This document shows, in pieces, positions 19,339-30,248 of a stretch of 64,000 nt of DNA (positions within the stretch are counted from its first letter, which is position 1; every line of letters starts with the position of its first letter). The stretch comes from Chamaesiphon sp. (GTDB lineage Bacteria > Cyanobacteriota > Cyanobacteriia > Cyanobacteriales > Chamaesiphonaceae). Both the position numbers and the translations under genes were made by a program. Below the pieces are notes generated by a model. It did no database searches, was not told the DNA's origin, and was given only the letters and a program-made list of their open reading frames with translations. The stretch spans positions 32,001-96,000 of the forward strand of contig CBDFFH010000020.1 of the NCBI GenBank assembly GCA_965246715.1. Reading direction: 5' to 3'.

Positions 19339-20363
19339 ATCGTCTCGATCTTAACAATTTCACCTTCAACCGCCAAACCAGCGGCTTCACTAGTTTCAAC
19401 CACCTCTATCGCAGCTTCCACATCAGCAACTTCAGCAGCAACAACCACTTCAGGAATATAGTCGGGATGGTACGGAATCAGTCCCGTACTACCTAAAGCT
19501 TGTGTCGCCTCCTTCAACCACTTCTTGAGCCGTCGATTGGTAGAAAAGGGAATCCAGTCAGAATCGATCGCTTCCCCAAAAGGGATATACTCACTCAGGA
19601 TCTTATTCTTGTCTTCTGGGGCTACTTCCATCTCAGGGAAAAAGATCGACTGGAAGCCATATTTATCCAGAATCGTCCGAACTTTACCATCCTCGTCGAA
19701 TCCATGCTTCCAGCGGATATTCGTCGGCGCACCCAGATTTTTGACTAGAACGTGGGGGATTTTACCCTGAGTACTCTCGACTGACTCGACAAACAAATCG
19801 ATCGATTCTGGCGTACCGTTTGTGATGAAGAAAAAGACGATATCGATCGTATTATCGGGATCTTCGAGCATCCCCACCACATCATTCTGCTCCAGCCAAC
19901 GGTTGACATAACTTGCCACCTGGGACGGCATCACGATTAGAACATCCTGCGTCCTCGCGATGTCCAAGATTTTATCCGCGTGAAAGTAGCTATCCGCATT
20001 ACCTGAAAAGGTAATCTGCTCCTGGAGGACAAAATCTGCCGCTTTGGGCTTGGTAGCCGTCGAACTTTTATCCTTGCGCGAGACAGTTGCAGACTCCACC
20101 TCACTCATCACAGGGTTTGAGTTCCGAAATCCGCGATACATTTCCTGGCGATAGGTTAAGCCGACATTGGGTGTAGAAGCATCGGCATCGATGAGGAAAA
20201 ATCGTCGATCTGCGGCGGTGAGTAGCTCTGCTATTGCCAGTCCGACTGTAGTTTTGCCCATGCCGCCTTTTTCACTAATCGCGACCCAGATCGTCGTTCT
20301 GGCTGGAGTCAGATCGGTTTCGTTCTCTCCTGCTGGAGCTGTTTTAACTGCTTTTTTGACCAC
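19335..20363 (-). CDS. ParA/MinD-like P-loop NTPase (StbB/MobD-like)
   Basis: Deviant Walker A EKGGMGKTT; IDAD. Confidence 0.75.
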   Translation of the reverse strand: MVKKAVKTAPAGENETDLTPARTTIWVAISEKGGMGKTTVGLAIAELLTAADRRFFLIDADASTPNVGLTYRQEMYRGFRNSNPVMSEVESATVSRKDKSSTATKPKAADFVLQEQITFSGNADSYFHADKILDIARTQDVLIVMPSQVASYVNRWLEQNDVVGMLEDPDNTIDIVFFFITNGTPESIDLFVESVESTQGKIPHVLVKNLGAPTNIRWKHGFDEDGKVRTILDKYGFQSIFFPEMEVAPEDKNKILSEYIPFGEAIDSDWIPFSTNRRLKKWLKEATQALGSTGLIPYHPDYIPEVVVAAEVADVEAAIEVVETSEAAGLAVEGEIVKIETI

Positions 20364-20368
20364 GATAA

Positions 20369-21532
20369 TTATTTCGCCTCTACGGTTGATTTAGTTCTAG
20401 ATTTGCTGATTTTTGGTTGGGGTTTGGACATCAAATACTGCCACAGACAGTAGACATCTGCCATCCGCGACTGACATTCTGGTGGTACATCTAACTCTGG
20501 TAAGTTAAAGCCAGTGTTGCTGTAATAGATTGCTGCTTTGCCATTGAGCTGTGGACGCGGTGGTAGTTTCTCATCGAAGTAAGACACCAACTCATCCTTG
20601 AGGACATCAGCCGTTCCCCCCGAAATCATCATTTCCTCGATGTCTGTCGGTAGATGTTCGTTGAGCCAGTCGAAGACCATATTGCAATAAGTCTCGTTGG
20701 TAGATTCCAGTACCTCAATTAAATGATCGAGTTCCTGTGCGGCGGCTCGCTCGTCTTGTCGGCGCAGAATCGGCTTGAGAGCTGTCGCATCCTGCGCGAA
20801 CCAGTATTTAGCCATTGCCCCAGTTAATGTCTCTAACTTGTACCCAGCAGTGCGCTTGACCACCTCTTTCACCCAGTTGCTAAAACCCAAGTCACAACTA
20901 GCGAAGTGGGTAATTACGCCATTCTTAGTCACGTAACAAGTCAGATTGCGATGACCTGCCATCAACATTCCCACTGACGATCTCAGACTGGCTGGATGCC
21001 GATCTCGATACAACTCCAGAATCCCCGCACCTTCTGGATGAAAGCAAGATTCCACCAAATTCACATTCATCTTGCCCTGGGGAGCCTCAAAGTCTGGCAG
21101 AAATTCCACCAGTTGTTGTTTCAACAATTCCCGATCCATCAGCTCTCCAGGCGGCAACAAACACCCGATCGATAGATCGAAATTATGCCCCAATCCAAAC
21201 CGCTGGGCTAGAATCGCAACAACTGCCAAAATCTTGTAGGCGGCAGATTCGGTTTTCAGCGGTTTGAACCGTTGCAAAGCTCCAAATCGCTGTGCCAGAT
21301 CGCCAACGGCATAGTAATTGTCATTGACACCAACAAAGCAATAATCGACTGTCGCAGTTGCCGCTCCCGTCCCCAGACTGTAGTTCGCTCCATTCTCCAA
21401 AGATCCCCGATTGACAGCGATTAATTCTGGGGACATCACCACCGCGCTCATCGCGCCGTCGCAAACCCCCACGATCTTAATTAAACTCGAACCCAGATCG
21501 ATCGCCGCAGATAATCTCTTGCGTTTAGCCAT
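20369..21532 (-). CDS. ParM/StbA-family actin-like ATPase
   Basis: IDLGSSLIK; LLPPGE; HPEGAG; MAGHRN; SGGTA. Confidence 0.88.
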   Translation of the reverse strand: MAKRKRLSAAIDLGSSLIKIVGVCDGAMSAVVMSPELIAVNRGSLENGANYSLGTGAATATVDYCFVGVNDNYYAVGDLAQRFGALQRFKPLKTESAAYKILAVVAILAQRFGLGHNFDLSIGCLLPPGELMDRELLKQQLVEFLPDFEAPQGKMNVNLVESCFHPEGAGILELYRDRHPASLRSSVGMLMAGHRNLTCYVTKNGVITHFASCDLGFSNWVKEVVKRTAGYKLETLTGAMAKYWFAQDATALKPILRRQDERAAAQELDHLIEVLESTNETYCNMVFDWLNEHLPTDIEEMMISGGTADVLKDELVSYFDEKLPPRPQLNGKAAIYYSNTGFNLPELDVPPECQSRMADVYCLWQYLMSKPQPKISKSRTKSTVEAK

Positions 21533-21561
21533 GTTTACTCACCGATATATTCGATCGACAC

Positions 21562-22005
21562 CTACTTATTCATCCCCAAGACCGAAAAGTCAAAAGATGA
21601 TGGCGGCTGTACCCACACCTCCTCATCGTCATCGCGTTCGCGAAGCGTCCCCTGTGGGGAATCGACTGAAGCCGAGTCTACGAACTGAACCTGTGGATTC
21701 GTCAATGGTTGTGACATCGGTAATAACCCAAAACTCATCAAACATTCAGGCGATAAGTTAATCCCATCTTTAACTCTGTGGTAATTAACCAAGAATCTCA
21801 TCTGAGCGGATAACGTATTGAGCGATTCGAGTAGTGCTAACTCAATGTCTTGCTGCGAACTACTGGGATGTTCGGATCGAGCCTGAGAAGCATAAAAGCC
21901 ATAGAGTGCCTTGAGAATTGTTGGCTTACTCTTGCCGATTCTTTTGAGAAACTCGGCAATTAGTACCTGATTGAAATCACTTTGGATGATGTCGAATTTA
22001 AACAT
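21562..22005 (-). CDS. Hypothetical protein, candidate ParR-like adaptor
   Basis: First gene of the parM operon; contains an in-frame 24-bp mini-insertion at 21637-21660. Confidence 0.55.
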   Translation of the reverse strand: MFKFDIIQSDFNQVLIAEFLKRIGKSKPTILKALYGFYASQARSEHPSSSQQDIELALLESLNTLSAQMRFLVNYHRVKDGINLSPECLMSFGLLPMSQPLTNPQVQFVDSASVDSPQGTLRERDDDEEVWVQPPSSFDFSVLGMNK

Positions 22006-22072
22006 GTCAGATTTGGTGGAGCGATCGGCATCATGATAATATATCTCGCTCGACACCAATCTTACGACCGCC

Positions 22073-22270
22073 AATCCCCCCAAAAGCACCCTCAAAACAC
22101 CTCTAAATCCCCCCTATTCGGGGTGCTAACTCCAGCTAGATGACCGATTACACCCCTATTTATCCCCCCTGCTGCACCCCTAAAACACCCCAATTTAGCT
22201 GGATTATTAACCGCAACCTAATTCAAAACCGCTAAATTACCCCAGAATTTACCCGCAATTTAACCGATCC
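22073..22270. repeat. Degenerate 11-bp-period iterons (parC-like) in the parM/mobC divergent intergenic region
   Basis: aaagcaccctc aaaacacctct aaatcccccct; cacccct at 22151 and 22175, cacccca at 22186; tttacccgcaa tttaaccgatc. Confidence 0.55.
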
Positions 22271-22550
22271 GAATCTATCAGTGAAAGCATAGAATTGAGT
22301 GCAGCCTGGAGTTAGTGGTGGAGAGGAGTAGCCAGCTATGTTAGTGCCCGTACAATTGCCTGTGGCAATTTAGAATCGGTGCAGTCTGGGTATGGATTTT
22401 CGCCCTTGCCCACTCCTCGTTTTTGAGACTAATTGATGATTTGACACATCTCACTTAGTCCTGAAAAATCCATGAATTCCATAATACTTTGCGTATCTGC
22501 ACCCGTAGTGAACGATCTGGCGATTTATAAGTAAAAGTAGCTATGAGCAG
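22270..22550. other. Probable oriT region
   Basis: Non-coding region immediately upstream of mobC-relaxase; the nic site was not identified with certainty. Confidence 0.5.
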
Positions 22551-22552
22551 TT

Positions 22553-22954
22553 GTGAGTAATCTAGAGAAACAGACAAAGGTAAAGACTTCCGATCGGAAA
22601 ACTAATCGCATCGAATTGCGAGTTGGAAGCCAGGATTTACAAATTATCGAAGCCAATGCCAAGCAAGTAGGTTTGAACCGTTCCCAGTTTCTAATATCCA
22701 GAGGTAAAAAGCAAACTTATCCGATCGCTCGGCATCTTCCAACTCCGAATTACGCTCCGTTAATGTTAAATCTCCGCGAACTCAAGTCGCAGGGTAACGA
22801 TCTCCAACAGATCGGTAGAGCTATGAATCGCGCTCTGCTAGATGGAACATCTGTTGATGTCTATCCCCAGCAACTACAGCAGCTAATCGCAGATAACCAG
22901 CAAGCCATCCAGGCAATTCTTATCGCACTCACCCAAAGTCATGACGATCGCTAA
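22553..22954 (+). CDS. mobC: MobC-like ribbon-helix-helix relaxosome protein
   Basis: RIELRV..ANAKQVGLNRSQFL; ELKSQGNDLQQIGRAMN; overlaps relaxase start. Confidence 0.8.
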   Translation: MSNLEKQTKVKTSDRKTNRIELRVGSQDLQIIEANAKQVGLNRSQFLISRGKKQTYPIARHLPTPNYAPLMLNLRELKSQGNDLQQIGRAMNRALLDGTSVDVYPQQLQQLIADNQQAIQAILIALTQSHDDR

Positions 22955-24128
22955 TATCACTAAAGGTAAAGGCTTTGGGGGTCTAATGGGCTATTTGCTA
23001 GACCCAGATAAAAAACCTCGCGTCATTAGTAGTTGTGTTGCTAGTTCCACGCCTGCCGACTTAGCGCGGGAGTTCCGACTGGTAGCTAATCTCCGTCCTA
23101 GTGTAACTAAACCCGTTCGTCACTTCTCAATTTCATTTGCCCCAGCGGATGGTCGGGTTGACGATGTTATCAAAGAAGCAGTTGCCTTTCGAGTTCTCGA
23201 TGGATTGGGCTACGAAGACTGTCAATTTATTGCGATCGATCACGACCGCGATGACCCCGGACACGATTACGCTCACGACCACGACCATATTCATGTTGTG
23301 ACCAATGCCGTAACGGTTTTGGGTGAATATGTCAAAGATAGTTTTGACAGGTATAAGATTCAAACGATCCTCAGAGAATTAGAGCGGGATTTTGGATTGC
23401 AGAAAATAACATCATCCTGGGAAATCAAACATCAAAAAGCTCAAGGGATGCACCTCAATACGGATATCGCTCGGCTGGTCAGTACTTCGCTCCAAGATTG
23501 CCCAAATCTCCAAACTTGGCTCGATCGCTTGGCGGAGTCTAATATTGATGTGCGCTTTAATATTAGTAATAACGATTGCATCAAGGGTGTGACTTTTCTC
23601 CAAGACGATCGAGTTTATAAGGGTGGAGATATTGGCTCGAAGTGGTCGGTAGTGAGCCAGCGAATACCGATTACCCATCGCGATCTTGCCTTAATGCAAG
23701 TGGCTAATATCAAGAGTCAGGAAAAGCCCGTGCGGTTGGATAAGCTGGAGCGAGCAATGTTCGATCGGGCTGTGGAGATGGCTTTGATGAAATTAGGACA
23801 TAGTAACAAGTTTAAGAACTCTCGTGCAGATATTAAATTAGCTGAAGACACCTTGACGGTGATGCGAATGCGACCCCATCGGTTAATGTTCGAGGCGACT
23901 CAGACAAATAATGGTCGCTGGGAACCAGTGGGCTTCCCCCATATCGAGCGCACAGATGTAAAGCAACTCGAACGTTTTAATGGGGTGGATTCCACAAAGT
24001 TTGAAACTCCTATTGAGGATAAAGCTTTAGATATAGCAGATGAATTTATTAGAGTTGCTGCTTGTGTTGTCAGCGATCTAGACCAAGAGGAAGATGAATA
24101 CTTTGAGGAAGAAGGTTTGTCTTTTTAG
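22941..24128 (+). CDS. Relaxase / mobilisation nuclease (MOB-P-like)
   Basis: MTIANITKGKGFGGLMGY; PVRHFSISF; HDHDHIHVVTN HUH motif. Confidence 0.9.
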   Translation: MTIANITKGKGFGGLMGYLLDPDKKPRVISSCVASSTPADLAREFRLVANLRPSVTKPVRHFSISFAPADGRVDDVIKEAVAFRVLDGLGYEDCQFIAIDHDRDDPGHDYAHDHDHIHVVTNAVTVLGEYVKDSFDRYKIQTILRELERDFGLQKITSSWEIKHQKAQGMHLNTDIARLVSTSLQDCPNLQTWLDRLAESNIDVRFNISNNDCIKGVTFLQDDRVYKGGDIGSKWSVVSQRIPITHRDLALMQVANIKSQEKPVRLDKLERAMFDRAVEMALMKLGHSNKFKNSRADIKLAEDTLTVMRMRPHRLMFEATQTNNGRWEPVGFPHIERTDVKQLERFNGVDSTKFETPIEDKALDIADEFIRVAACVVSDLDQEEDEYFEEEGLSF

Positions 24129-24168
24129 CGATCGCTAACAGATTTGCACTTTATATGGTTCAATCTAT

Positions 24169-24194
24169 CGTGTGGGACAACGTTGTCCCACACG
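24169..24194. promoter_or_regulatory. parS-like palindrome upstream of parA
   Basis: cgtgtgggacaacgttgtcccacacg. Confidence 0.75.
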
Positions 24195-24221
24195 CTTGCG
24201 TAAAGTTCGCATATCTACCAC

Positions 24222-25106
24222 ATGACCTTACCGCAAAAAAGTAGCCAGTCCAAAGTGGCTCAAAGACAAATTCGGATTTGTATTGCCAGTAATGCTGGCG
24301 GATCTGGTAAAACAACTGCTGCCGTTCATTTAGCATACGCGATCGCTGCCAAAGGATTTAAGGTGACGATTATCGAATTAGATATCTCTAGTTCCTTGAG
24401 TACCTTCACTGGATTGTCCATGAATCCAGAACCACAAGACTCGATCGCGACGGTATTCGAGCCTGATTTTGCTGGAAATTACCCGCTCAAACCAGTCTGG
24501 GCAGAAAAAACTGACAAAATTACCGCCATTCAGGGCGGTGAAGCGATCGAGCGAGTAATTCGCGAGATTCCCCTCAATCCACGCGGACATTATTTATTAC
24601 AAGATCGGCTTGAAGATTATCCCCTAGCTGCCGATGTCATTCTATTTGATACCCCAGCTACCTTAGAACCAATGGGGGTCGTTGCCTTGGCTGCTAGCAC
24701 CCACGTTCTATCGCCAATTAAGCCAGAAAATAAGGATGCTGAAGGCTTTGCTGGTTTTATCCGGTGGTATTTTAGGCAATTATCAGAATTAAGACTGCGC
24801 CCCAAGCCAGAAATATTAGGATTCGTCCCCAATCGAGTAGACTGGGCTGAAACCTCCATGCACCGGAATTTTCTGGGACTGAATAAACAGGGTAAGCTCC
24901 GCACTGATATCGATCTGAGCGATACCTTGCCAGTACTAATCGAAGAAATGGGGATTCATTGCTTCCCCGCGATTCGTCAGTCTAATTACTATCTCAATGC
25001 GTCTTTAGAAAGATTGCCGCTTCAGCTTTACCGCCCTGGCTGTGATGCTGCCAAAGATTTCGACCCGATTACCGACAAAATTGTAGAATTATTAACCGAG
25101 GCATAA
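24222..25106 (+). CDS. parA: ParA partition ATPase
   Basis: NAGGSGKTT; LFDTPA; followed by parB. Confidence 0.92.
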   Translation: MTLPQKSSQSKVAQRQIRICIASNAGGSGKTTAAVHLAYAIAAKGFKVTIIELDISSSLSTFTGLSMNPEPQDSIATVFEPDFAGNYPLKPVWAEKTDKITAIQGGEAIERVIREIPLNPRGHYLLQDRLEDYPLAADVILFDTPATLEPMGVVALAASTHVLSPIKPENKDAEGFAGFIRWYFRQLSELRLRPKPEILGFVPNRVDWAETSMHRNFLGLNKQGKLRTDIDLSDTLPVLIEEMGIHCFPAIRQSNYYLNASLERLPLQLYRPGCDAAKDFDPITDKIVELLTEA

Positions 25107-25111
25107 AATTT

Positions 25112-26305
25112 ATGGCTGCTCAAACTAAAAAGCTCGGCGGATTGCGCGATTCTTTTCAGGGTGCTAGAGAATATCAACAAATTGAGGGCTTACAATCCGA
25201 GGTAGAGGATCTCAAAGCTGAAGTTGCTAGGCTCAAGTCGCAGGAACTTAATAGTGTCCAGCAGTCTCAACTTGAAGGGCAAATTGCCGAACTAACCGCA
25301 CAACTAGCGGCTCGATCCGGAATTCATCGGATTTCGGTCGGTAAAATCGATCGCGATGAAGCTCAACCACGAACCGTATTTCCCCCAGCAATCGTTCAAG
25401 AAAGAGCTGAAAGTCTTCGTACTAAGGGTCAGCTCACACCGATTATCGTTATCCCCACGGGCGATCGATATAAGTTGTTTGAAGGTGAATTGCGCTGGCG
25501 AGGTGCTCAAAAACTAGGTTGGGAGGAGTTGGAAGCCGTGTTTTTAACGGCCGCAGCATCTCTAAATGCTACTGAGATCTTCGAGCGGCAGGTAGTTACC
25601 AGCATTCAATCCCAACGTCTGCACGATCTGGATATCGCCGAAGCAATAATTAAATTGACCGTCGATCGTTATCCCAACTGGGCTAGCCGAGAAACTGAGA
25701 TTCCGAAGGCTCTTCATGCCGCTCTGCGTCAGATGGAGAGAGAGGGTAACGCTCCAGATTTTAATACTCTCAAAATAGCCGATCCCCAGACTCAACAATT
25801 ATGGCTCGATAGTCTAAAAAACAAAGATGAGGAGAAACAGATTTTCCAGACGATCTTGGGCTTACAACTTCATCCCGCTAGTATTAATAAGCATATTCTT
25901 CCCCTCTTAAAAGTGTCAGATGATGTGAAAGCGGCGATCAGAGAGTACGGACTCGAAGGTAGCAAGGCAAAGCAAATTGACAGGCTTACCCCTGAATATC
26001 TGGGACAGTCAGATGAAGATGCCTTGAAAATTAGAGCCGAGGTAATTCAACAAATAACTGAAGATAAATTATCTTTAATTGAAACCAAAATGTTAATTGA
26101 AGATACGATCGATACTCATGTCCCCACTCCTGTAATTAAACCAGATCGAGTCGTTCAAGTGACTGGGAAAGTCAATAAGTTGTTAGCAGATATTAATACT
26201 GCCCAAGAACTAGCCGATCTCGAACGCGCACTCAAGGAAATCCAAAAAGCTCTTAAACTCAAGCGTTCCGAGCTTCAACCGCCATCTCAATCGCCTTCAG
26301 CATAG
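25112..26305 (+). CDS. parB: ParB/RepB/Spo0J partition protein
   Basis: QPRTVF..GQLTPIIV..YKLFEGELRWRGA ParB N-terminal box. Confidence 0.9.
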   Translation: MAAQTKKLGGLRDSFQGAREYQQIEGLQSEVEDLKAEVARLKSQELNSVQQSQLEGQIAELTAQLAARSGIHRISVGKIDRDEAQPRTVFPPAIVQERAESLRTKGQLTPIIVIPTGDRYKLFEGELRWRGAQKLGWEELEAVFLTAAASLNATEIFERQVVTSIQSQRLHDLDIAEAIIKLTVDRYPNWASRETEIPKALHAALRQMEREGNAPDFNTLKIADPQTQQLWLDSLKNKDEEKQIFQTILGLQLHPASINKHILPLLKVSDDVKAAIREYGLEGSKAKQIDRLTPEYLGQSDEDALKIRAEVIQQITEDKLSLIETKMLIEDTIDTHVPTPVIKPDRVVQVTGKVNKLLADINTAQELADLERALKEIQKALKLKRSELQPPSQSPSA

Positions 26306-26309
26306 ATCG

Positions 26310-26349
26310 TTAAATACCTGTGGGACAACGTTGTCCCACAGGTATTTAA
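26310..26349. promoter_or_regulatory. parS-like 40-bp perfect palindrome downstream of parB
   Basis: ttaaatacctgtgggacaacgttgtcccacaggtatttaa; 22-bp core identical to 24171-24192. Confidence 0.75.
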
Positions 26350-26413
26350 TGCGCGATAGAGCGGGTCTTTTGGTTCTATTTTCTCCTAAACTTCTGTTGT
26401 AAAGCAGGTATCT

Positions 26414-26836
26414 CTAGTAGACAAATCTAGTTCCAGTTGTCGATGCAATATCAGTGGTAATTGTGGCAATCGATCGATTAAATCGGCAAGTGTTAACTGC
26501 CAATTTTGCTTGTTCTGGCGAGATCTGCCGCACTTTTGGTAATTTTAACTTCAGCGATAATTGCCCTGGTGTCGGTTGAGGACGATGGCGGTGCATTCGT
26601 AAATGACACCCGCTGCACAAGCAGACGAGATTAAACGTGTCATTCTGAGCGGGATTCCCATCTAGATGGTGGACTTGCGCCGATAGCTTGCGTCTGAGTG
26701 AGAGATCGAGATGTCGATAACTATTATGTGGAGGCAAACACTTCAAGCCACAGCGGTTACAACGATAACCTGCTGCTTGCTTGACTGTGGTGGCAATGTC
26801 CGTCCAATTGTCGGGATATTCTAGAGTTAACGGCAT
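26414..26836 (-). CDS. HNH endonuclease
   Basis: YPDNW..YRCNRCG..QVHHLDGNPAQN..NLVCLCSGCH; 3' end possibly frameshifted. Confidence 0.85.
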   Translation of the reverse strand: MPLTLEYPDNWTDIATTVKQAAGYRCNRCGLKCLPPHNSYRHLDLSLRRKLSAQVHHLDGNPAQNDTFNLVCLCSGCHLRMHRHRPQPTPGQLSLKLKLPKVRQISPEQAKLAVNTCRFNRSIATITTDIASTTGTRFVY

Positions 26837-26842
26837 GGTTAC

Positions 26843-27960
26843 TTATTTAATCGATCTAAACCGAGTCATTAAAGCCGATCGATTACTATAATCCAACTTA
26901 ATCTTATCAAACCGTTCGCTAAATTCAGCCAACCGTCCCCGATCTACTGCCAAATCCCGCAGATCTTTGAGTAAAGCCGTAGCTTCATCGTAAGGCTTGG
27001 CTTGCTTTAATTCAATCAGTTCCACTACCTTCTTCCAAGTTTGAGCTTCCCTTGATGCCAGTGCGTCCAATTCTTTAACGCGCTGTTTTCTCGCCCGCTC
27101 CCGTTCTCGATCCTCCTCTGCCGATTTGACAGCATCGGCAATCGATCGGAGTTCCGATAATCGTCGCTGTCCTGCCGTAAATTGAGGAGCAGATTTATCC
27201 TTACCAGCTAATTCCTTCAAGCGATTAATCAATTGCAGATCGACATGCGGTTCGCGCCGAACGAGTTTGAGTAAGAATTTTTGTCGTTCGGCTGCTGAGA
27301 GCAATGAAAGTAAATCTTCTAGTGGTACTTCTGAAGCCGCTTGCTGCTGTAAACTTGCCTGTGCCGCAGCCGCCACCAACTCAGGATCGAGTTCTACCAG
27401 TTCGATAAATGCCTTCAGTGACGGCGAAAGTTCGCTTAGATTAGCCGGAATCGGTGGCTCGATCGGATCTTCATCCAGCACATGTCCCGCCAGCTCAGGA
27501 GCCATCTTCAACCAAACCAGATACAACAAGCGTAAATCTCCCCCCAACAGCTCTTCCCGCAATGGCAGCAATTGAGACATCCAGCCTTCACCTTCTACCC
27601 ATCCCGATACTCCCTCTTCTTGGTGAATTTCCAGATCCAGAACGATATATTTAGAAGTTTCGGTAATCGTTATCGTATTGCGGAGAGCGTAGGTTTGAAA
27701 TAACTTGCGGATCGACGATCGCTTTTGGAAATCGAAATATCAACCGCCAAGTGCCCCAGTTGGCGATGTAAAACATCATGTCGAAGTATTTAGTCTAATA
27801 CCTCTTCTGGCTTGTGGCGAAAGTCCCCATAGTTATAGAGAAAAATTGCCTGAGTTGAGGAGAGTTTAACCCGACTGGAGAGTTCTTTTACCTCTGCTTG
27901 TTCCTTTGGTGTCAACGGACGATCGATCGCCTGAAATTCGTAATATTGATATTCACTCAT
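26843..27960 (-). pseudogene. Conserved hypothetical protein (MSEYQYYEFQAIDRPL..), frameshifted
   Basis: N-terminal part at 27960 is out of frame with ORF 26843-27580; several 1-bp indels. Confidence 0.7.
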
Positions 27961-28195
27961 CTCATCAAGGGGAAGGGAGAAGGGGTAAAGGGTAAACGGA
28001 GAGACGATCCGATTCAGTCGATTGCCAGAATTGGAAGACCTAATCTAGCAGGTAAGCGCGTGTATCTTTTGCCAACTTGGTTTTGTCTGACCGCCAACCC
28101 GTTGGCGAAGCCTCTCGTAAGAGAATCGCCTTATTCGATCCTACGACGATCTAGCAACCCAAACAAGTCCACTTCAGAATAGGTCGCATTGTTTA

Positions 28196-28235
28196 TAGTT
28201 CTAGCTATATGATTAGATTTATTCAGCTAGAACTA
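28196..28235. repeat. Inverted-repeat site TAGTTCTAGCT-N18-AGCTAGAACTA, copy 1
   Basis: Read directly from sequence. Confidence 0.85.
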
Positions 28236-28242
28236 GAGATGA

Positions 28243-28947
28243 TTGCCAATGCCAATCCGAATGTGTGCCTATGGCTTTAGCTGCGCGTCCATGATGATGG
28301 AACCAGGACTGACAGCCGAAGATTGCCCCAATAGAGACATTTGCGGCACGATTCGCCAACTAACCGAAGCAGAGCGAGTCGAGCTGCATTACGCCAGAAT
28401 CGAAAACAACGTGCGGACGATCGACACCATGATGACGAACGGGCGCAGATGCCGCTCTCTATTTACTATCAACTCGCGCTTGTCCCCAAACGCCCTGCAT
28501 CCCTGGGCGTAACGGAAACACTCGCTCGACTGCGCTCGACGCTCTCACAGCTCGAAGAAACGATCGCTCAATTAAGTAGTGAAGATTGTTATATTGCCCC
28601 CATCGGCGTGGAAGCTCACCGCTATCTGGTCAAACGACCCTACGGAGTCTATCAATACAATAAATTGACTTCTAGAGAAGCCATCTTTCCACCCCAGGAG
28701 CGAGAAGAACTCGGTAAAAGTAATTCACCTATCGTCAGACTACGACAGTCGAAATTTTGAGGGGAGAGCCGGAATCGAGCGCAGAAACAGATTACTCGCG
28801 ATCCGTACAGCAATCGACACGGCTGAAGCTCTTTTAAATCGAGCGATCGAAGCTGCTGCTAATCCACCAGTAAGCGATGTGGTGGCTGAAAAAATCGCCC
28901 GCATTCCACCCGAAACTGGGGATGCAGTCGTTGGCGAGACGATCTGA
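28243..28947 (+). pseudogene. Cys-rich N-terminus hypothetical protein, frameshifted
   Basis: Frames join as CAYGFSC..CPNRDIC / YIAPIGVEAHRY..YNKLTSREAIF / GIERRNRLL. Confidence 0.6.
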
Positions 28948-28965
28948 CTAGCATTCGAGTCTTTA

Positions 28966-29005
28966 TAGTTCTAGCTAAATAAATATACTATTACAGCTAG
29001 AACTA
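28966..29005. repeat. Inverted-repeat site TAGTTCTAGCT-N18-AGCTAGAACTA, copy 2
   Basis: Read directly from sequence; arms extend to tttatagttctagct. Confidence 0.85.
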
Positions 29006-29239
29006 TAAAAAATGTACCTCTACAGAACCGTATCGCCACCTGAGACGAGCGAAATTGAGGCGATCGACAGCCAACAAAATTCAAAGACGATCGGCTCGCG
29101 GATGAAAATCGGGACAATAACACTCCAAGGGCACTCCAGACGGAAGACCCAATGGATAGATGGCGCACAAGTACCGCCCAATAGAGCAGAGTGAGAGGCA
29201 CATTTCAAGCATTGCTGAGTTTGAGTCTCAATTCTCAAT

Positions 29240-30101
29240 TTAGTTTGCCTGAGATTTAGCCACAATTGCCCGCGCAATCGCCAATCTTTTACCCCTACCC
29301 TCCAGCCACTGGGCATATTCGACAGCATGTGTCGATAGGAAATCTTCGATCCGCACGAGCGCATACATCTTCATCGGCGCGTAATAACGCCCGTGAGGAT
29401 TGTCAAGTAATAAATCCGGCTCACCAATCCGCGCCAGCCAACCATCAGAAATTAGGTAAATCGATTGTAAATTAGCTTTACTGATATATTTAGGCTGTAC
29501 GGGTTGAGTGTCCTCAGCGCGGTACAATAACCGCCAGCGACACTCGCCATCGGGATGGCTAGCGCGAAAATAAACGGCTGCTGGTTTGGCTCCATGCTTG
29601 AGTTCGAGCTTTTTACTCTCAATTTCCCACAGCGTTTTCAAACCTTGACGATGATTTTTATCCCAAGACACGATCGGATAAAAGTTTGGCTCGCACTCTT
29701 CAAACTCAGTACGCGCAAATAACAGATCGCAATTGGGATCGCCGAGCGGATCGCGACGTGCGGCAATCGGCTTGGTTGACTGCTTCAATTGAAGGTTAGA
29801 GCGCAATGCGGTGTCGATTGAGATTGCGTCCTGCCAGTTTATAACCTTCCTTTGGGTCTCTTGCATGGCGAGGAAACCTCGCCGCAAAGACTCCGCTACA
29901 AGCCCCTGGAACTACAGGTAATCCCAAACACTTAGCTCGTGGTTTTTTCAGCCACGAGCGATCGCAACATTGGCATTCCCAACCGCTTTCAGTTTTCACT
30001 AATTGATGCGCTCGATCTGGATCTTGCCAGGAGCTTTCGATTAGTTGGCGGGAGCGATTGTTGGTCGAGATTGTATCCTCACTCATCTGTGCCATCCGCA
30101 A
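29240..30101 (-). pseudogene. Hypothetical protein with CxxC motif, split by frameshift
   Basis: Overlapping ORFs 29796-30101 and 29240-29887. Confidence 0.55.
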
Positions 30102-30248
30102 TACTGTGACTTGCTATCCATATTTTATGCAACAATGGGGCGAAGAAATCTCGAAGAAAAGCGCGTCGTCTCACGACGAGCGCACAGGCTACGTGCTACT
30201 GGAGCGATTGTCATACCCATCCCGATTTGGTTGTTAGTCTATCCCTCT

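Noticed and set aside
26414..27960. HNH plus upstream gene as a defined anti-phage system
   Set aside because: No recognisable ATPase or methylase partner, and frameshifts prevent a supported call.
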